From the NCBI GenBank assembly GCA_963827205.1, contig CAWHAH010000007.1, forward strand, positions 66,979 to 130,978: DNA of 64,000 bases, given 5' to 3'. Source of the DNA: an uncultured Verrucomicrobiae bacterium. GTDB taxonomy: Bacteria; Verrucomicrobiota; Verrucomicrobiia; Limisphaerales; UBA11358. Within the stretch, counting starts at the first letter, position 1, and every line of letters starts with the position of its first letter. Below are positions 19,677-29,297 of this stretch, one piece after another. The translations under genes were made by a program, and so were the position numbers. Below the pieces are notes generated by a model, which was given only the letters and a program-made list of their open reading frames with translations, did not search any database and had not been told where the DNA came from.

Positions 19677-19822
19677 GTTTTCTCACGGCGGCTCCGGGTT
19701 TGAACGGAGAATCCGCCTTTGCCATGGCTTCCTCTTCCGTCAGCGTCTGAACGCGGCGAGTTGGTAGTTCGATCCGTGTTCAGCCGGTGTAATACCAAAG
19801 TGCGTTCAATATGCTACGAACT

Positions 19823-19887
19823 GCCCCTCACCGTGGCCCCTCTCCCCGCCTGGCGGGGAGAGGGTGTCCGCAGGACGGGTGAGGGGC
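19823..19887. repeat. Nested palindromic element (GCCCCTCACC...CCCTCTCCCC..GGGGAGAGGG...GGGTGAGGGGC)
   Basis: The outer arms gcccctcacc/gggtgaggggc enclose the inner arms ccctctcccc/ggggagaggg. Confidence 0.7.
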
Positions 19888-19999
19888 ATTTGTGTCCGAT
19901 TGAAGGCAAATCAGTATAAAATCACCGGCCACGCACATTATGGTCTTGCGTTACCGCGCGCGTTGACCATGCTTCTGGAAACCTGACTTTTTAACCATC

Positions 20000-21244
20000 A
20001 TGAAAAAAATCCTCTTCTTCTTCTGTCTGGCTTGCGTCAGTGCCTATGGCCAGAAATTTCCCGATCTGGCGTTGACGCCGCCGATGGGCTGGAACAGTTG
20101 GAACAAGTTCGCGGATAAAGTGAACGAGGACCTGATCCGGCAAACCGCCGACGCGATGGTTTCCTCGGGCATGAAGGACGCGGGATATGAATACATCAAC
20201 ATTGACGACACCTGGGAAGGGGAACGCGACAGTCAGGGTTTCATTCAGCCTGATCCCAGGAAATTCCCCTCGGGGATGAAAGCGCTGGCCGATTACGTTC
20301 ATTCCAAAGGACTCAAGCTCGGAATTTATTCGGACGCCGGCGCAAAGACTTGCGGCGGAAAGCCCGCCAGCCGGGGGCACGAATACCAGGATGCGCTGAC
20401 CTACGCCCAATGGGGCATTGATTACCTGAAATATGACTGGTGCGGTTGCGAAGATTTGAATGCCAAAGGCGCCTACACCACCATGCGCGATGCGTTGCAT
20501 GCGGCCGGGCGGCCGATTGTTTTCAGCATCTGCGAATGGGGCAGCAACAAACCCTGGGAGTGGGCCGGAGCGGTGGGCAATCTGTGGCGCACGACCGGTG
20601 ATATTCATCCCTGTTTCGATTGCAAGGAAGATCACGGCACGTGGTATTCCTGGGGAGTTCTGCAAATTCTGGATCAGCAGGAAGGGTTGCGCAAGTTTGC
20701 CGGCCCTGGACACTGGAACGATCCGGACATGCTGGAAGTCGGCAATGGCATGACGGTGAATGAGGATCGCGCGCATTTTTCAATGTGGTGCATGCTGGCG
20801 GCCCCGTTGATTTCGGGAAACGATCTGCGAAACATGTCAAAGGAAACCTCGGAGATTTTGCTGAACAAAGACGTCATCGCGGTTGACCAGGACAAGCTGG
20901 GGATTGAGGGGTTCCGGTATTCGTCAGACAGCATCCTGGAGGTCTGGTTCAAGCCGCTGGCTGATGGAGACTGGGCGATGTGTGTGCTCAACCGGAGCAC
21001 CCGGCCGCAAAAGGTCAGGTTCGATTGGAAAAACAAAAAAGTCAGCGATGATCTTTCCAAAAGGGAAGCTGGGTTTGACACAACCGTGTACCGTGTCCGT
21101 GACTTGTGGACAAAGAAGGACCTGGGAACCACGGAAGAAACTTTGAACGCCGAGTTGCCGGGCCATGATGTCCTGATGTTATCCATTTTAACAACAAACT
21201 CCCATTTTGGCAGGGCTGAAAGCAGTCAGATGCCCGCGCACTAG
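20000..21244 (+). CDS. Alpha-galactosidase, glycoside hydrolase family 27
   Basis: It has a signal peptide plus PPMGWNSWN, YEYINIDDTW, KLGIYSDAG and DYLKYDWC (nucleophile region), and MLEVGNG. Confidence 0.9.
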   Translation: MKKILFFFCLACVSAYGQKFPDLALTPPMGWNSWNKFADKVNEDLIRQTADAMVSSGMKDAGYEYINIDDTWEGERDSQGFIQPDPRKFPSGMKALADYVHSKGLKLGIYSDAGAKTCGGKPASRGHEYQDALTYAQWGIDYLKYDWCGCEDLNAKGAYTTMRDALHAAGRPIVFSICEWGSNKPWEWAGAVGNLWRTTGDIHPCFDCKEDHGTWYSWGVLQILDQQEGLRKFAGPGHWNDPDMLEVGNGMTVNEDRAHFSMWCMLAAPLISGNDLRNMSKETSEILLNKDVIAVDQDKLGIEGFRYSSDSILEVWFKPLADGDWAMCVLNRSTRPQKVRFDWKNKKVSDDLSKREAGFDTTVYRVRDLWTKKDLGTTEETLNAELPGHDVLMLSILTTNSHFGRAESSQMPAH

Positions 21245-21456
21245 CCTGTCTTTGCTGCCTTGCGCAGCCCCGGCGCGTCCTGCGCAGCCCTACGCGCAAG
21301 GCCGGGCTTGTGGTGGGCCTGCGCGAAGTCGAAAAACGAAAGCGGTCAGAAGTTTGCTGCGAACAACACACTGATTTGAAAAGCCTACCATTGACCACAG
21401 AGGATATTCCGCCAGACTGAACTTTTAACTTGACTTCCAAAAGGTAAAACCCGACC

Positions 21457-22182
21457 TTGAAATTTGTGCAAAGTTCAACTGTTCAAACTGCGCAGCGCCG
21501 GCCAATCCCAGTAGGGGTGAAGGCAGCTCGGATAATCGCGCTTGGTACGATAATTGCCGCAATAGTTGGTGGGATAATTACCTACATAATCCAAAGTCAA
21601 CATTCCCCCACCGTCACAAAAACCACAGCGGCAACAACCGCACCGGCAAGCGACCCCAATCCGACCAGTGGCAAAAGTCCTAGCTTATGGAACCAGCAGT
21701 GGTATTTAAAAGTCACTAAAATTGAGGTTGTTCCAGACCAAAATGTTTCCTCGCCCTTAAAAGCAACCGACATTCCCTACAGGCTAAATGCCGAAGTTAA
21801 TGGCTCCATAGTATTCTCGTGGCCAACCCTCTCAGCCTACTGCATTGGACCTGATACAGGCCCCATCGTCGAAAACATTGCCTTACCCGTTAATCAAAGC
21901 AGCTATACCGTCAGCTTTTACACCTACTCCGCGCGCGCCTTATTAAGCAGTCTCAACGCTTATCTGGCCACTAGCAATGGATTTACTAGACAAGCAGCAG
22001 CTTTCACCGCTACCAATCCAATTTTTGGACAACCATCAACTCCCGTCATCATCAACTCAGCTAATTTGCCTTTTCACAGTAACGCTCAAGCTCCACTACC
22101 ACTATTCTCGCAACAAGACCCGAATCAATCCGATATTGGCCACGTGACAATATATTACGAAATCACGACCAACACACCTTGA
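21457..22182 (+). CDS. Hypothetical membrane-anchored protein (ORFan, AT-richer)
   Basis: 241-aa ORF with a TTG start, one TM helix (IIALGTIIAAIVGGIITYII) and a Thr/Pro-rich linker, followed by a beta-rich domain. GC is visibly lower than the flanks. Confidence 0.5.
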   Translation: MKFVQSSTVQTAQRRPIPVGVKAARIIALGTIIAAIVGGIITYIIQSQHSPTVTKTTAATTAPASDPNPTSGKSPSLWNQQWYLKVTKIEVVPDQNVSSPLKATDIPYRLNAEVNGSIVFSWPTLSAYCIGPDTGPIVENIALPVNQSSYTVSFYTYSARALLSSLNAYLATSNGFTRQAAAFTATNPIFGQPSTPVIINSANLPFHSNAQAPLPLFSQQDPNQSDIGHVTIYYEITTNTP

Positions 22183-22272
22183 CCAACTGTTCTTTCATCA
22201 TACAGATGTTCCATTAGATGAATCAAGACTACGCCCAGGCGCGGCGGCGCGGGCCTGTGGCAGGCCAACACG

Positions 22273-22291
22273 AAGCCGAAAAATTCGGCTT
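22273..22291. terminator. Candidate bidirectional hairpin terminator between convergent genes
   Basis: aagccgaa-aaa-ttcggctt forms an 8-bp stem. The flanks are T/A-rich but the U-tract is weak. Confidence 0.35.
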
Positions 22292-22372
22292 GTGATTTCA
22301 CCGGGTGCGGTTGGCCAATCCCGAAATGAAGCGAGCCAATTTTGCTCTGGCTTCTTTGAGGTGCATAATGAT

Positions 22373-23317
22373 TTATTGACTGAAAACCAACCCAGCAAAA
22401 TAGACTTGTAGTTTAGAGGTACTTGAATAGACCGAAATTTGAGAAATCAAAAATGGGGCATGGAAATTGGTTGATACACTCAATGTAGTAGCACTGAACC
22501 CTGAACCGCACGCAGTAAGGTCTTGCGATACAATTTCCCAGGCATTCCATCCGTTGCTCGCTTTTTGTTCTAAAGTCCAACCGCTGGCATTCAAATTCGT
22601 TTCCGCCAAATCCGCAAAAAAAACTATGGTTAATTTTTCAGCAGTTTCTCCGCCGCCAACATTTGTCACTTGTAAAAAAATATCCCGTGATTTTTGAAGG
22701 GTAACAAGTGAGCGGTCAGAAAGATTTGATCCGTTTAAGGCAACCGAAAATCTTGGTCTTTCGGAATCTAGGCCGTAAAGAGCATTTGTGAACTGTGTGA
22801 GCATCACGCCGAATTGTTCCAAATTTGTCGGCGTGCTGGCTAAAACATTGCTGATTAAAAAAGACATTTTTTCTGGTGCCGACTCAAAAGAACTCAATCG
22901 CTGGTCAGCAGAGATTTTTTCGGCGGTCAATTTCGCAATCTCTGCATCTTTTTCACGTTTGACCTCATTGAAATCAGTTTTATTGTCATCAATTGTTTTC
23001 CGCAACTTGCGAACGTCATCTCCAATTTGGTCTATCCTTCCAAGTAAAAATGAATTGGAACTGGAAAATCCGATTTGAATGTCTGATATTTTCTTGTTGG
23101 CTTGGTGGTCTGCCGCCAGCCAGCTAGCCACCGCTACAAGAGTGGCGATAACAAAGAATAAAGCCCAACCCCTTCTCATGCCCTTGCCCTCCTCGACAAA
23201 AAACTGGACGATGTGTTTAACGGCTGGACGTTCCTCGTAAAGAATTTTCTGAGCAAGCAAAAACAACTTTTTAAGTTGTGAAGGCGCTTGTGGTTTTTCT
23301 GGCAAGCCGTCTGGCAT
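22373..23317 (-). CDS. Hypothetical membrane-anchored coiled-coil protein (ORFan, AT-richer)
   Basis: 314 aa with a TM helix (WALFFVIATLVAVASWLA), a charged coiled-coil segment (VRKLRKTIDDNKTDFNEVKREKDAEIAKLTAEK) and a beta-rich C-terminal domain. Confidence 0.55.
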   Translation of the reverse strand: MPDGLPEKPQAPSQLKKLFLLAQKILYEERPAVKHIVQFFVEEGKGMRRGWALFFVIATLVAVASWLAADHQANKKISDIQIGFSSSNSFLLGRIDQIGDDVRKLRKTIDDNKTDFNEVKREKDAEIAKLTAEKISADQRLSSFESAPEKMSFLISNVLASTPTNLEQFGVMLTQFTNALYGLDSERPRFSVALNGSNLSDRSLVTLQKSRDIFLQVTNVGGGETAEKLTIVFFADLAETNLNASGWTLEQKASNGWNAWEIVSQDLTACGSGFSATTLSVSTNFHAPFLISQISVYSSTSKLQVYFAGLVFSQ

Positions 23318-23744
23318 ACGATTAGAGCATCCCCAAAAACTTGAAACCCGTCAATTCAGCTCTCACCGTATGCGAAGGGGATAATTCCGTTTTGCTTTGA
23401 TCGTTCAATCATAATCTAACAACCGGCGCGCAGTCAGGGTCATCTCGTCAGCATGGCCATGCTTCCAGGAACAAACCCGATGGCAAAGAATCCGCGCGTG
23501 CCGTCCGATTTTTACCCGCGTGCCCGCCAGCGCAATCGGCAAGGTGGCGGAAAAGCACTTGTCCGTTAAAGCTCGATTACTATAAAGTAAACAACATTCT
23601 GATGTTGCGGCTTGACAAACAGTAATGGCACAGGCGGGAAATCGAGAGTTCACTCCGGAAACGTTTTTTTGCTTGTCGTTGCCCGGCGGACGTTGCAGCA
23701 TCCGCGCAACCGGTTGCAAACTCCAAATCAAAACCAAGAATACT

Positions 23745-24380
23745 ATGAACCATACCAAACGTTTAACTCTGTGGTCGTGCGGATCGTTGATGTCGGCGCT
23801 CGCGCTGTTTCTGCTCGTCGGCTGCCAATCCAGCAAAGAACAGTCCGAACCGTCCGGCGGCAAAATGACAACCGCCACCGCCCCGGCGCCGGCACCCGCC
23901 GTGACGGCCGAATCCTCGTCCACACCGAAGGCCATCCGCATTGATGCCGGTGCTGCCAATCCATACACGGATTCCGAAGGCAACGTCTGGCTGCCCGATC
24001 AGGGCTTTGCAGACGGAGACACGGTGGATCGGGGAGACGATGTGAAAATTGCCAACACAAAAGATCCGGCGATTTACCGCACCGAACATTACGGCATGAC
24101 CTCATTTTCCCAGAAAGTTCCCAACGCCAAGTACATCGTGAAACTTCATTTTGCCGAGACTTATGAGGATATCACCGGTGCGGGACAATGCGTCTTTTCC
24201 TTCAATGTCGGCGGGCACGAAATCAAGGATTTTGATGTCTATGCCAAGGCCGGCGGCGCCCTGCGCGCCTACGTTGAAACCGTGAATGCGAATGTCACGG
24301 ACGGCAAACTCGACATCACCTTCACGCCCGACGTTCAAAGCCCCGAGATCAACGGGATCGAAATCATTCCGGCACCATAA
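23745..24380 (+). CDS. Malectin-domain lipoprotein
   Basis: It has a lipobox (LLVGC) after the Met at 23745. Malectin-like segments are YTDSEGNVWLPDQGFADGD, YRTEHYGMTSFS, YIVKLHFAE and EINGIEIIP. Confidence 0.8.
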   Translation: MNHTKRLTLWSCGSLMSALALFLLVGCQSSKEQSEPSGGKMTTATAPAPAPAVTAESSSTPKAIRIDAGAANPYTDSEGNVWLPDQGFADGDTVDRGDDVKIANTKDPAIYRTEHYGMTSFSQKVPNAKYIVKLHFAETYEDITGAGQCVFSFNVGGHEIKDFDVYAKAGGALRAYVETVNANVTDGKLDITFTPDVQSPEINGIEIIPAP

Positions 24381-24587
24381 CATTCGGCGTCGGGAATTTT
24401 TGCATGAATCCAGGGCGGTTCATGTTTCTGGCTGTTTCCGTTTCTGCCGGAGTGTTGCGCTTCGTGCCGAATTCCAAAGGCCAGGTCAGAACCGCCACTG
24501 TTCCATGAATTTGGGTTTGTGTTGAGCGGTGCGTTGCAGCATTTTGGGTGAAACCCAATTGCGAATTACAGAACCCAAAGGGAATTT

Positions 24588-25211
24588 ATGCAAAATGCAA
24601 AATGTTTGATGCGCAGTTTACCCGGTTGTTTTGTTGCCGTGCTGGCCCTCGGCTTGTTTGCCGGCTGCAAAACAGAACCTTCCTCCAGCCAGGCGACGTC
24701 CGCGCCGCCCGCCACCGCCGTTGCGCCGGCTGCCGCCTCAGTGCCTGCGCCCATGGCGCCACCCGTCCGCATCAAAGCCGGCCTGACCAGTTCGTACACG
24801 GACTCCGAGGGCAACGTCTGGCTTCCCGATCAGGGTTTTGCCGACGGCGACACTACCGATCGCTCTGAAGACCTGCAAATCGCCAACACGAAAGACCCGG
24901 CACTCTACCGTACTGAACGCTACGGCATGACTTCGTTTTCGTATCCGGTTCCCAACGGCAAGTACATCGTGAAACTTCATTTTGCCGAAACCTTTGACGG
25001 AATCAGCGGACCGGGCGATCGCGTGTTTTCGTTCAATGTCCAGGGCCATCCCTTCAACGATTTCGATGTCTGGGCCAAGGCCGGCGGTCCCAATCGCGCC
25101 TACATCGAAACCGTCAACGTGGAAGTCACCGGCGGCAAACTGGACATTACCTTCACGCCCAAGGTGGAAAATCCCGAGATCAACGGAATCGAGATACTTC
25201 CAGCATCCTGA
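24588..25211 (+). CDS. Malectin-domain lipoprotein (tandem paralog)
   Basis: It has a lipobox (LFAGC) and is colinear with 23745-24380 (YTDSEGNVWLPDQGFADGD, YIVKLHFAE, EINGIEILP). Confidence 0.8.
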   Translation: MQNAKCLMRSLPGCFVAVLALGLFAGCKTEPSSSQATSAPPATAVAPAAASVPAPMAPPVRIKAGLTSSYTDSEGNVWLPDQGFADGDTTDRSEDLQIANTKDPALYRTERYGMTSFSYPVPNGKYIVKLHFAETFDGISGPGDRVFSFNVQGHPFNDFDVWAKAGGPNRAYIETVNVEVTGGKLDITFTPKVENPEINGIEILPAS

Positions 25212-25299
25212 GCGGGCGCCCTCGGGGCGGTGTTTTGCCGTGGCGCATCAAGGGTTGACGCTGGCCGGCGGACGTTCTATTTGATGTCCGCTGAAAGCC

Positions 25300-26193
25300 A
25301 TGAAAAATGCGCTGGTGGATAAGAAGACGTTGCCGGGCGAAGGGCAACTGGCTCCGCGGCTTGACCGGACGTTCAAGTCGGCCTGGCGTTCCTACCGGCG
25401 GGCGTTCAAACGGTGCCAGAAAAAATTATCCAGGGCGACCGTTCACCAGTTACGCGTGGAAACACGGCGGCTGCTGGCGTTGGTGGACCTGTTTGAACCG
25501 CTGGTGGCCGGCCAGGCCGCGGATGAACTTTCCCGGCTTGCCATACAGCCGTTCAAAACCTCCGGCCGATTGCGTGATGCGCAGGTGATGTTGTGCGACG
25601 TGGAGCGGCGGCTGCGCCGGTTTCCGGATGCAAAACGTTTCAAAAAGGAACTGCTGCGCCGGGAAAAGCGTCTCGGCCGGCAACTGGGGCGAGAACTCCG
25701 GCGCACGCGGCTGAAACCGTTGAAGAGCCGGATGGACGCCCTCCGCCAAGAGTTGCGCGCCGCCGTGAAGCCGGCGGCGGGGTGTCACCGCGCAAGGGTT
25801 CGTTTGTTAAAAGGCGTGGACCGGGCGTTTGCGAACGTGGTGGCGCGCCGACGGAGCATTGTCCCGACGGAACCGCACGCCACCCATCGCACGCGCATTG
25901 CCTTCAAGAAATTCCGCTACATGGTCGAGCAGTTGCGGCCGTTGATACCCGGTCTGGCCGCCGGTTTGCCCGGCAAACTGCGCGGCCACCAAAAGTTGAT
26001 GGGCGACATCCAGGATTGCGAGACGCTGCTGGCGGCGCTGGACAAGTTCATGCGCGAGGAAAAGGCCGAGGCCCGCCGGCTCCGCGAATTCCGCGCTGCG
26101 GTCAAACGCGACCACGCCATGCTTATGGCGCGGTACCTGCGCCGTGCGGATGAGCTTCTTTCTTTCTGGAACCCCACCGCCAAACTCCGGTGA
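25300..26193 (+). CDS. CHAD-domain protein
   Basis: 297 aa, Arg/Leu-rich and helical, with VHQLRVETRRLLALVDLF and IAFKKFRYMVEQL motifs typical of CHAD. Confidence 0.8.
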   Translation: MKNALVDKKTLPGEGQLAPRLDRTFKSAWRSYRRAFKRCQKKLSRATVHQLRVETRRLLALVDLFEPLVAGQAADELSRLAIQPFKTSGRLRDAQVMLCDVERRLRRFPDAKRFKKELLRREKRLGRQLGRELRRTRLKPLKSRMDALRQELRAAVKPAAGCHRARVRLLKGVDRAFANVVARRRSIVPTEPHATHRTRIAFKKFRYMVEQLRPLIPGLAAGLPGKLRGHQKLMGDIQDCETLLAALDKFMREEKAEARRLREFRAAVKRDHAMLMARYLRRADELLSFWNPTAKLR

Positions 26194-26342
26194 CGAGCGG
26201 GCGGGCTTATCCGGGTTCTTCGATCCGCTCAAAATCGCGGGCCGGTGCGGTGCCCGCCTTTTCGGAAACTCTTAAGCAAACGCGCCCGCCGGTTTGTCGG
26301 AGGGCGCGTGTGAGAATGATCGTTTTGCCAGGGCAAGGCGGT

Positions 26343-27041
26343 TCAAAGCACTTTCTTTGCCCCCTCCGGCACATCCACTTTCGTCGTGCCAACGTCCTTG
26401 ATTTCAACGGTGGTAGCGCGGTCAAGGTCTATTTCATTGCCGTTGAAGTCCACCTTGCCTTGCACCCTGTATTCATATTTCGCGAGCAGGCCGTCTTTGA
26501 GCCAGAACTTCGCGGAGCCTTTGGGATTGGTAACGGTCCCGAACCTGAATTGCGCCTTGGCGCCGGCTTCGGTCAGGTCGCCGGAATAAACGTCGCCATC
26601 CTTCGTGAGTTCCTTTACCAAGGCTACCATGTTTGTGGCTTGTGCGGCCGGGACCTTGAAATTGCGCACCATGCCGACGATAAACCGGGTGGGACCTTCA
26701 GTGCCAATGCCGTTAGCGTCAATTTCCATATTGGTCAGCGACTGCCAGTTGCCATCGGGGTCGGTGACCGCAGTCTTGCCGCCTTTCATCACGATCTCGG
26801 TGGTGATGTCACCGAAGGACATTTTGACGTAAGTGGCGCCGTCCTTTTCGGTTTTGCCTTCGGTTGGCCCCGGTTTGAATTGGGCGCTTTCCGGGACGAC
26901 CACGGTCTGTTCCCAACTATAACTGGCGGTGGCGGCGAGTTTTTGGGCCGCAGCCAGGATGTCATCCTTGGGACTGGAATCCGCCGCGAAGAGCGGACCC
27001 GCCAGCAAGGCCAATGCGCCGAACAAAATATTTTTCTTCAT
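26343..27041 (-). CDS. Hypothetical secreted protein
   Basis: It has a clear signal peptide, MKKNILFGALALLAGPLFAADS. The overlapping plus-strand ORF (26190-27065) has no such features. Confidence 0.7.
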   Translation of the reverse strand: MKKNILFGALALLAGPLFAADSSPKDDILAAAQKLAATASYSWEQTVVVPESAQFKPGPTEGKTEKDGATYVKMSFGDITTEIVMKGGKTAVTDPDGNWQSLTNMEIDANGIGTEGPTRFIVGMVRNFKVPAAQATNMVALVKELTKDGDVYSGDLTEAGAKAQFRFGTVTNPKGSAKFWLKDGLLAKYEYRVQGKVDFNGNEIDLDRATTVEIKDVGTTKVDVPEGAKKVL

Positions 27042-27183
27042 GGAAATGCCTTTGGTCTGGTTTGATGCAAAGTTACCTTTGGAACGGGGGGCAACCTACG
27101 CCCAACGGGCTTTTGAGGCAAGACCGATTCGGCGACGGCAAAGAAGTTGCTCACTGCATGTTCCTGCGGCAAACTTTATCGGT

Positions 27184-28131
27184 ATGACCGTTGCCGGAAC
27201 ACAACTGAATTCGCTGCGCTTGAGCGGCGGGGAAAGCCGACGGCTGGCGCTGGTGCTCGCCCTGTCGCTGGCGGCGCATTTGTTGACGTGGGGCGGTTAC
27301 GAAGCCGGAAAGGATTTCGGCTGGTGGCGGGTTTGGCACTGGCCAACGTGGCTCCAGCACTTGACCCAAAGACTGGAAACGGTCCCGGTGCCGGTTGTGA
27401 ATTACGAACCGCCGCTGGAATTTGTGACGGTTGAACATCCGTCAACCGAAGCGCCCCAGGAGGCAAAGTATTTTTCAGACAAGAATTCGCGCGCGGCGAA
27501 CCCGGACGCGGACAAGGACACCGACATTCCCAAATTGACGGGGAAACAAACCGACATGCCGAAGGCGGAGGATGTGCCGCGCCCGGATTTCAACAAACCC
27601 CAACCGGCCCCGGCAACGCAGCCGGAAACACAACCGCAACTGGCGATGAACGCCGGCGATTTGACCCTGGGCAAACCGCCAGACTTGCAACCACAAACGC
27701 AATCGCAGGAGCGCCCGCGCACGCTCCGGCAGGCGCTCGCGCAACAGGCGAACCGTCTGCCCGGTGTGCAAATGAAGCAGGAAGGCGGGGTGCATCGCCA
27801 TGCGTTCGTGCCGTCGTACGACGTGAAATTAACCGGCTTCGGCGAATATGACGCGCGTTTTTATGAAGCGGTGTGCCAACGGTGGTTTGATTTGCTGGAC
27901 AGCCAAAGCTTCGCGCAGGACCGCACCGGCAAGGTGATGCTGCGATTTCACCTGAATTACGACGGCAGCATCTCGGATATGAGATTCGCGGAAAACACGG
28001 TCGGCGATTTGCTGGGGTATGTTTGTGAAAAGGCCGTGACCGACGCCGAGCCATTTGAGCGCTTTCCGAGCGATATGCGGCTCAAGCTCGGCAATTACGC
28101 TGACGTTCAGTTCACATTCTATTATTATTGA
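27184..28131 (+). CDS. TonB-like energy transducer
   Basis: The Met at 27184 is followed by a TM helix (LALVLALSLAAHLL), a Pro/Gln-rich spacer (PRPDFNKPQPAPATQPETQPQ) and a TonB-C-like end (VMLRFHLNYDGSISDMRF). It lies upstream of exbB and exbD. Confidence 0.65.
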   Translation: MTVAGTQLNSLRLSGGESRRLALVLALSLAAHLLTWGGYEAGKDFGWWRVWHWPTWLQHLTQRLETVPVPVVNYEPPLEFVTVEHPSTEAPQEAKYFSDKNSRAANPDADKDTDIPKLTGKQTDMPKAEDVPRPDFNKPQPAPATQPETQPQLAMNAGDLTLGKPPDLQPQTQSQERPRTLRQALAQQANRLPGVQMKQEGGVHRHAFVPSYDVKLTGFGEYDARFYEAVCQRWFDLLDSQSFAQDRTGKVMLRFHLNYDGSISDMRFAENTVGDLLGYVCEKAVTDAEPFERFPSDMRLKLGNYADVQFTFYYY

Positions 28132-28159
28132 ATTAAACCGCGCTGCGGCCGAAGAATTT

Positions 28160-28750
28160 ATGGATACACTTGTTTACCTCCTGCTGGGACTGACCTCGGT
28201 GGTCGGGCTGGCGTTCATCGTGGAACGCGCCTTGAGGTTGCGCTGGCAAAAGGTCGTGCCGGCGGAAATCACCGCGTCGCTCGCGGCCTGCAATTCGCGC
28301 GACGACGTGAAAGCCCTCTGCCGCGTGTGCGAACAAAAACCGTCGCCCCTCGGCCGCCTGCTGCTGCTCGCGTCGGATCATCTCGACTGGCCCAAGGACG
28401 AAAACGTGGATGCGTTGCAAACGGCCGCCCGCCACGAAATCGTCCGGCTCGAACGCGGCCTCGTCGTGCTGGAAATCATCGTCGGCATCGCCCCGTTGCT
28501 GGGGTTGGTCGGCACGATCATCGGCATGATGGCGGTGTTCGGCGACATCGGCCAAGCCGGACTCAACGACGCGGCCAAGCTGGCTCACGGCATCGCGTTG
28601 ATTCTGCGGGCCACGCTCATCGGCCTGCTCATTTGCATCCCGTCCCTTATTTTCTGGAGTTACTTCAGCAAAAAAGTCGAGGTGTTCGCCGTCGAGATGG
28701 AGGCGCTTTGCGACGACTTCATCCGGCGGCAATATGCGGAGGCGAAATGA
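28160..28750 (+). CDS. exbB: MotA/TolQ/ExbB proton-channel protein
   Basis: The start is MDTLVYLLLGLTSVVGLAFIVERA, with LLGLVGTIIGMMAVF and IALILRATLIGLLICIPSLIFWSYF. Confidence 0.9.
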   Translation: MDTLVYLLLGLTSVVGLAFIVERALRLRWQKVVPAEITASLAACNSRDDVKALCRVCEQKPSPLGRLLLLASDHLDWPKDENVDALQTAARHEIVRLERGLVVLEIIVGIAPLLGLVGTIIGMMAVFGDIGQAGLNDAAKLAHGIALILRATLIGLLICIPSLIFWSYFSKKVEVFAVEMEALCDDFIRRQYAEAK

Positions 28751-28835
28751 GTTCAAAGTTCCAAGTTCAAAGTTCAAGGTTGCCGGGGAAACTTCAGCGT
28801 CTGAAACCTGGAACCTTGAACCTTGAACCCTGAAC
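28751..28835. repeat. Hairpin with arms made of tandem GTTCAAAG/GTTCAAGG octamers, filling the exbB-exbD spacer
   Basis: The 5-prime arm is gttcaaagttccaagttcaaagttcaaggttgcc and the 3-prime arm is ggaaccttgaaccttgaaccctgaac. An inner mini-hairpin is ttcag-cgt-ctgaa. Confidence 0.75.
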
Positions 28836-28841
28836 TGATTT

Positions 28842-29276
28842 ATGCGCTTCCTTGTCCGCAAACGTCGCACCACGCCCGCCGTCATCATCGTCGCGCTGAT
28901 TGACGTGTTGATCGTGCTGGTGATTTTTCTGCTGGTGACGACGACGTTCAAGCAACAGGCGGCGTTGAAGCTCGCGTTGCCCGAATCGTCGCAGGCCAAA
29001 AAGGCCGGAGCGAATGAAAAACCGCCGTTCGTTGTGGACATTGATACAAATGGTCTCTATTCCGTCGAAGTGGGGGGAAAACCACCGCTGCCCGTAACGT
29101 TTGCACAATTCCGGAGCGAATTGATTGTGCAGGCATCAATGCATCCCGATCTCGTGCTGGCTATCCGCGCCGACGAAAAGGCGCCGTGGGGCAAAGTCGT
29201 GAAGGTGCGCGACGCCGCCGCCGAGGCGAAAATCAAATCCCTCGTCGCTTACACCAAGGAACCCGGCAAGCAGTAG
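28842..29276 (+). CDS. exbD: ExbD/TolR biopolymer transport protein
   Basis: The TM helix carries the conserved Asp (PAVIIVALIDVLIVLVIFLL). A periplasmic domain follows, for 144 aa in total. Confidence 0.9.
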   Translation: MRFLVRKRRTTPAVIIVALIDVLIVLVIFLLVTTTFKQQAALKLALPESSQAKKAGANEKPPFVVDIDTNGLYSVEVGGKPPLPVTFAQFRSELIVQASMHPDLVLAIRADEKAPWGKVVKVRDAAAEAKIKSLVAYTKEPGKQ

Positions 29277-29297
29277 AAAAACAGACGAGTTCCGGGT

